Source: Octopus bimaculoides
Lineage: Eukaryota
Reading direction: 5' to 3'
DNA length: 35,854 bases
Assembly: GCF_001194135.2 (NCBI RefSeq)
Contig: NC_069000.1
Span: forward strand, 33,958,616-33,994,469
Part shown: piece after piece, positions 32,611-35,854 of the stretch
Position numbering within the stretch: the stretch's first letter is position 1
Layout: the number at the start of each line of letters is the position of its first letter
Notes under the pieces: generated by a model
What the model was told of the DNA's origin: nothing
What the model saw: only the letters and a program-made list of their open reading frames with translations
The model's database searches: none
Program-made: the position numbers and the translations under genes

Positions 32611-32935
32611 TTAACCCAGATTATTGTGCCAAAATGTATTGCTTATTTATTTACATTTGTTTTGAATTAATTATACAAAGAATAAGTCCTGGGGTCGATT
32701 TGCTCGACTAAAGGCGGTGCTCCAGCATGGCCACAGTCAAATGACTGAAACAAGTAAAAGAGTAGAAAAGAGTAAATGAGTATTGTTTTGCAGCTTTGAG
32801 ATTTCAAAGATGTGATTGTTTATTTTTAGAATGACATTGTTGGGCAGGTGTGAGAGGCCAGATCTAGTCAGTTTAAACATTAAACAGGTAGAATATTTAG
32901 ACTGGATACAGCCAATTTAAATGTTAAACGGTTAA
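32611..32935. mobile_element. piggyBac-type MITE interrupted by a SINE fragment
   Basis: TTAA|CCC at 32611-32617 and CGG|TTAA at 32929-32935; non-coding. Confidence 0.6.
32676..32782 (+). mobile_element. SINE family C 3' end nested in the MITE
   Basis: Near-identical reverse complement of about 27440-27540. Confidence 0.9.
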
Positions 32936-33092
32936 GATACATCTAGGACTACAGTTATCTCACATGGCTTTTTTTTTTTTTTTCAGAATGTAGGGAAAGA
33001 TTTCTGTTTTCACTAGTAGTCTAGAAAGGGTTACAGTCATCCATCACCTGCTTTTTTTAATCTTTTCCACTGATGTAGCTTTCACACATGCC

Positions 33093-33127
<35 letters not shown>

Positions 33128-33140
33128 ATATTCACATTTG

Positions 33141-33365
33141 CAGTTTCAGTCATTGGACTGCAGCCATGCTGAAGCACTGCCTTGAATGGTTCTAGTTCAA
33201 CAATCAACCCCAGTACTCATGTATTTTTTAAGTCTGGTACTTATTCTGTCAGCCTTTTTTGCCAAACTACTCAGTTATAGGAACATAGACAAACCAACAC
33301 CAGTTGTTAAGCAGTGGAGGTGTGACAAACACAAAGACATGCATACACACACATACACACACATG

Positions 33366-33404
<39 letters not shown>

Positions 33405-33555
33405 GATTCAAACATATATATATGCGGCAGGCTTCCACACAGTTCTCATCAAATTCAGCCCAATGCTATAATAGAAGACACTTGCCCAATTTACCTTGCA
33501 GCAGGACTGAACCGAAAACCATGTGGTGCAAGGCAAAGCAACTGCACAACCATTT
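33141..33555 (-). mobile_element. Diverged full-length SINE family C with internal (CA)/(TA)n
   Basis: Colinear homology. Confidence 0.8.
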
Positions 33556-34854
33556 TTTCTCAAGAAAATGTACACTAATGCACACACATACATAAAGTGA
33601 AAAATGCCTGTACGCATTTATAGTGATGTATATACCTAAATGTATGAAGGACATAAAATCTAATTTTGTAACACTGCATTCACATGCATACATAAAGTGC
33701 ATAAATACTCATGTAGCACTCTAGCTGTGATTACCTGATTCTTACCAATGTCAGTATAGCATTCATTTCCAAGTATATATATATATATTGATAGGAAGGA
33801 CAACAAAAGAAAGAAAGAGACCTCGATATTATGTAAATAGAGGAATTTATCTGTAAAAATATGTGACACTTATTTGGTNNNNNNNNNNNNNNNNNNNNNN
33901 NNNNNNNNNNNNNNNNNNNNNNNNNNNNNNNNNNNNNNNNNNNNNNNNNNNNNNNNNNNNNNNNNNNNNNNNNNNNNNNNNNNNNNNNNNNNNNNNNNNN
34001 NNNNNNNNNNNNNNNNNNNNNNNNNNNNNNNNNNNNNNNNNNNNNNNNNNNNNNNNNNNNNNNNNNNNNNNNNNNNNNNNNNNNNNNNNNNNNNNNNNNN
34101 NNNNNNNNNNNNNNNNNNNNNNNNNNNNNNNNNNNNNNNNNNNNNNNNNNNNNNNNNNNNNNNNNNNNNNNNNNNNNNNNNNNNNNNNNNNNNNNNNNNN
34201 NNNNNNNNNNNNNNNNNNNNNNNNNNNNNNNNNNNNNNNNNNNNNNNNNNNNNNNNNNNNNNNNNNNNNNNNNNNNNNNNNNNNNNNNNNNNNNNNNNNN
34301 NNNNNNNNNNNNNNNNNNNNNNNNNNNNNNNNNNNNNNNNNNNNNNNNNNNNNNNNNNNNNNNNNNNNNNNNNNNNNNNNNNNNNNNNNNNNNNNNNNNN
34401 NNNNNNNNNNNNNNNNNNNNNNNNNNNNNNNNNNNNNNNNNNNNNNNNNNNNNNNNNNNNNNNNNNNNNNNNNNNNNNNNNNNNNNNNNNNNNNNNNNNN
34501 NNNNNNNNNNNNNNNNNNNNNNNNNNNNNNNNNNNNNNNNNNNNNNNNNNNNNNNNNNNNNNNNNNNNNNNNNNNNNNNNNNNNNNNNNNNNNNNNNNNN
34601 NNNNNNNNNNNNNNNNNNNNNNNNNNNNNNNNNNNNNNNNNNNNNNNNNNNNNNNNNNNNNNNNNNNNNNNNNNNNNNNNNNNNNNNNNNNNNNNNNNNN
34701 NNNNNNNNNNNNNNNNNNNNNNNNNNNNNNNNNNNNNNNNNNNNNNNNNNNNNNNNNNNNNNNNNNNNNNNNNNNNNNNNNNNNNNNNNNNNNNNNNNNN
34801 NNNNNNNAAAACAAAGTGAGTGAGTGACTCATTTTGTTTTGTTCCTCTTGCAAG

Positions 34855-35004
34855 GCAGAGAAAGCTGATATTTTTACTGCTTGCCTTTCAGCTGTGTTGT
34901 CAACAGAGAACAAATTTTTTACTGCTTGCTTTCAGTCATAGAAAGAGCAGTGACCAAGAAAGAGAAAGACAGAGAAAGCAGCATTTTTACTGCTTACCTT
35001 TTAG
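34855..35004 (+). repeat. Three imperfect copies of CAGAGAA...ATTTTTACTGCTTRC(C)TTTYAG
   Basis: Copies end at 34891, 34935 and 35004. Confidence 0.85.
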
Positions 35005-35185
35005 CTGCGTTAAACCAGCAGACATGTTGTGATCTTATTTTACTCTTGAAGTGAGTGACTTTCCTGAGGCATTCCTCCATAGTCAGACAGATTTAGACAA
35101 GAAATGCATATTTAGTCAATTTACAAGTTTGTTTTATTGCTTTCTGATATATTTCGTACAATTATTTGGTACCAAAGAGTACACA

Positions 35186-35501
35186 TTTTATCTTTATCGT
35201 CTACTTGTTTCAATCATGAGATTGTGGCCATGCAGGGGCACCACCTTCAATAATTTTTAGTCTAATGAATCTATCCCAGTACATTTTTTAAATCCTGGTG
35301 CTTATTCTTTTGGTCTCTTGTGTCGAACTGCTAAGTTACGGGAACGTAAATACACCAACAATAGTTGTCAAGTGTTGGTGAAGAACAAACAAACACACAC
35401 ACGCACACGCACACACACACATTGTAGAAGACACTAGTAGAAGACTGGACCTGGAACCATGTGGTTGGGAAGCAAATTTCTTACCACACACCCATGCTTG
35501 C
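35186..35501 (-). mobile_element. SINE family C with internal deletion
   Basis: Tail, body and head homology. Confidence 0.82.
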
Positions 35502-35854
35502 TTTCTAAAAAGATGTTACCAATGAACAGAGTATTTTTGATCCCTTCTTAAGACCTGAATTTAGTCATGTGACCCCAGAGTTTTTTTTACTATTTCCCAC
35601 ATACAACGAAAAGAAGAAACCGGCAATTTGTGTGTGATTAAAAAGTAAAGTTTTTATCCATTCGTTCATAACAATGCTTTGAAATTTAATTTTAAATATT
35701 CAAAGTTATCTAAGAAAGGTTATGTAAAAAAAAGTAAACTAGCATCTAAATTATCTAGTAACATAAAGTTTCGATTCATAGTAGAATTTCTCATGCCTTC
35801 AATTACCCCCAGGATGGCAAAATGGTCAATTAGTTCAGTTTTCTCTCTACTTTC

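Noticed and set aside
1600-34913. Long ORFs consisting mostly of X
   Set aside because: They span N gaps, where no stop codons can be called.

Overview
AT-rich animal genomic scaffold with roughly 6 kb of N gaps, most flanked by microsatellites. The SINE and microsatellite landscape suggests an octopus-like cephalopod (inference). The only well-supported gene is the 3' half of a + strand SLC16/monocarboxylate-transporter-family (MFS) gene. It has three spliced exons (10646-10915, 12067-12192, 15487-15743) that join in frame through canonical GT-AG sites. The rest is repeat-dominated: about 30 copies or fragments of four modular tRNA-derived SINE families, decayed mariner and hAT transposases, and a piggyBac-type MITE. 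There is also an R4/Dong-type endonuclease fragment and a probable CRE-type retrotransposon C-terminus. The most striking unexplained signal is in the last transporter intron, on the minus strand. It is a near-complete minimal type I hammerhead ribozyme fold (14314-14420), followed 150 nt downstream by a second, decayed hammerhead core, part of which is exactly duplicated (73 bp) nearby. This Penelope/retrozyme-like cassette lies between the two halves of a SINE. Most long ORFs in the track are N-gap or microsatellite artefacts. All folds and alignments were done by eye.
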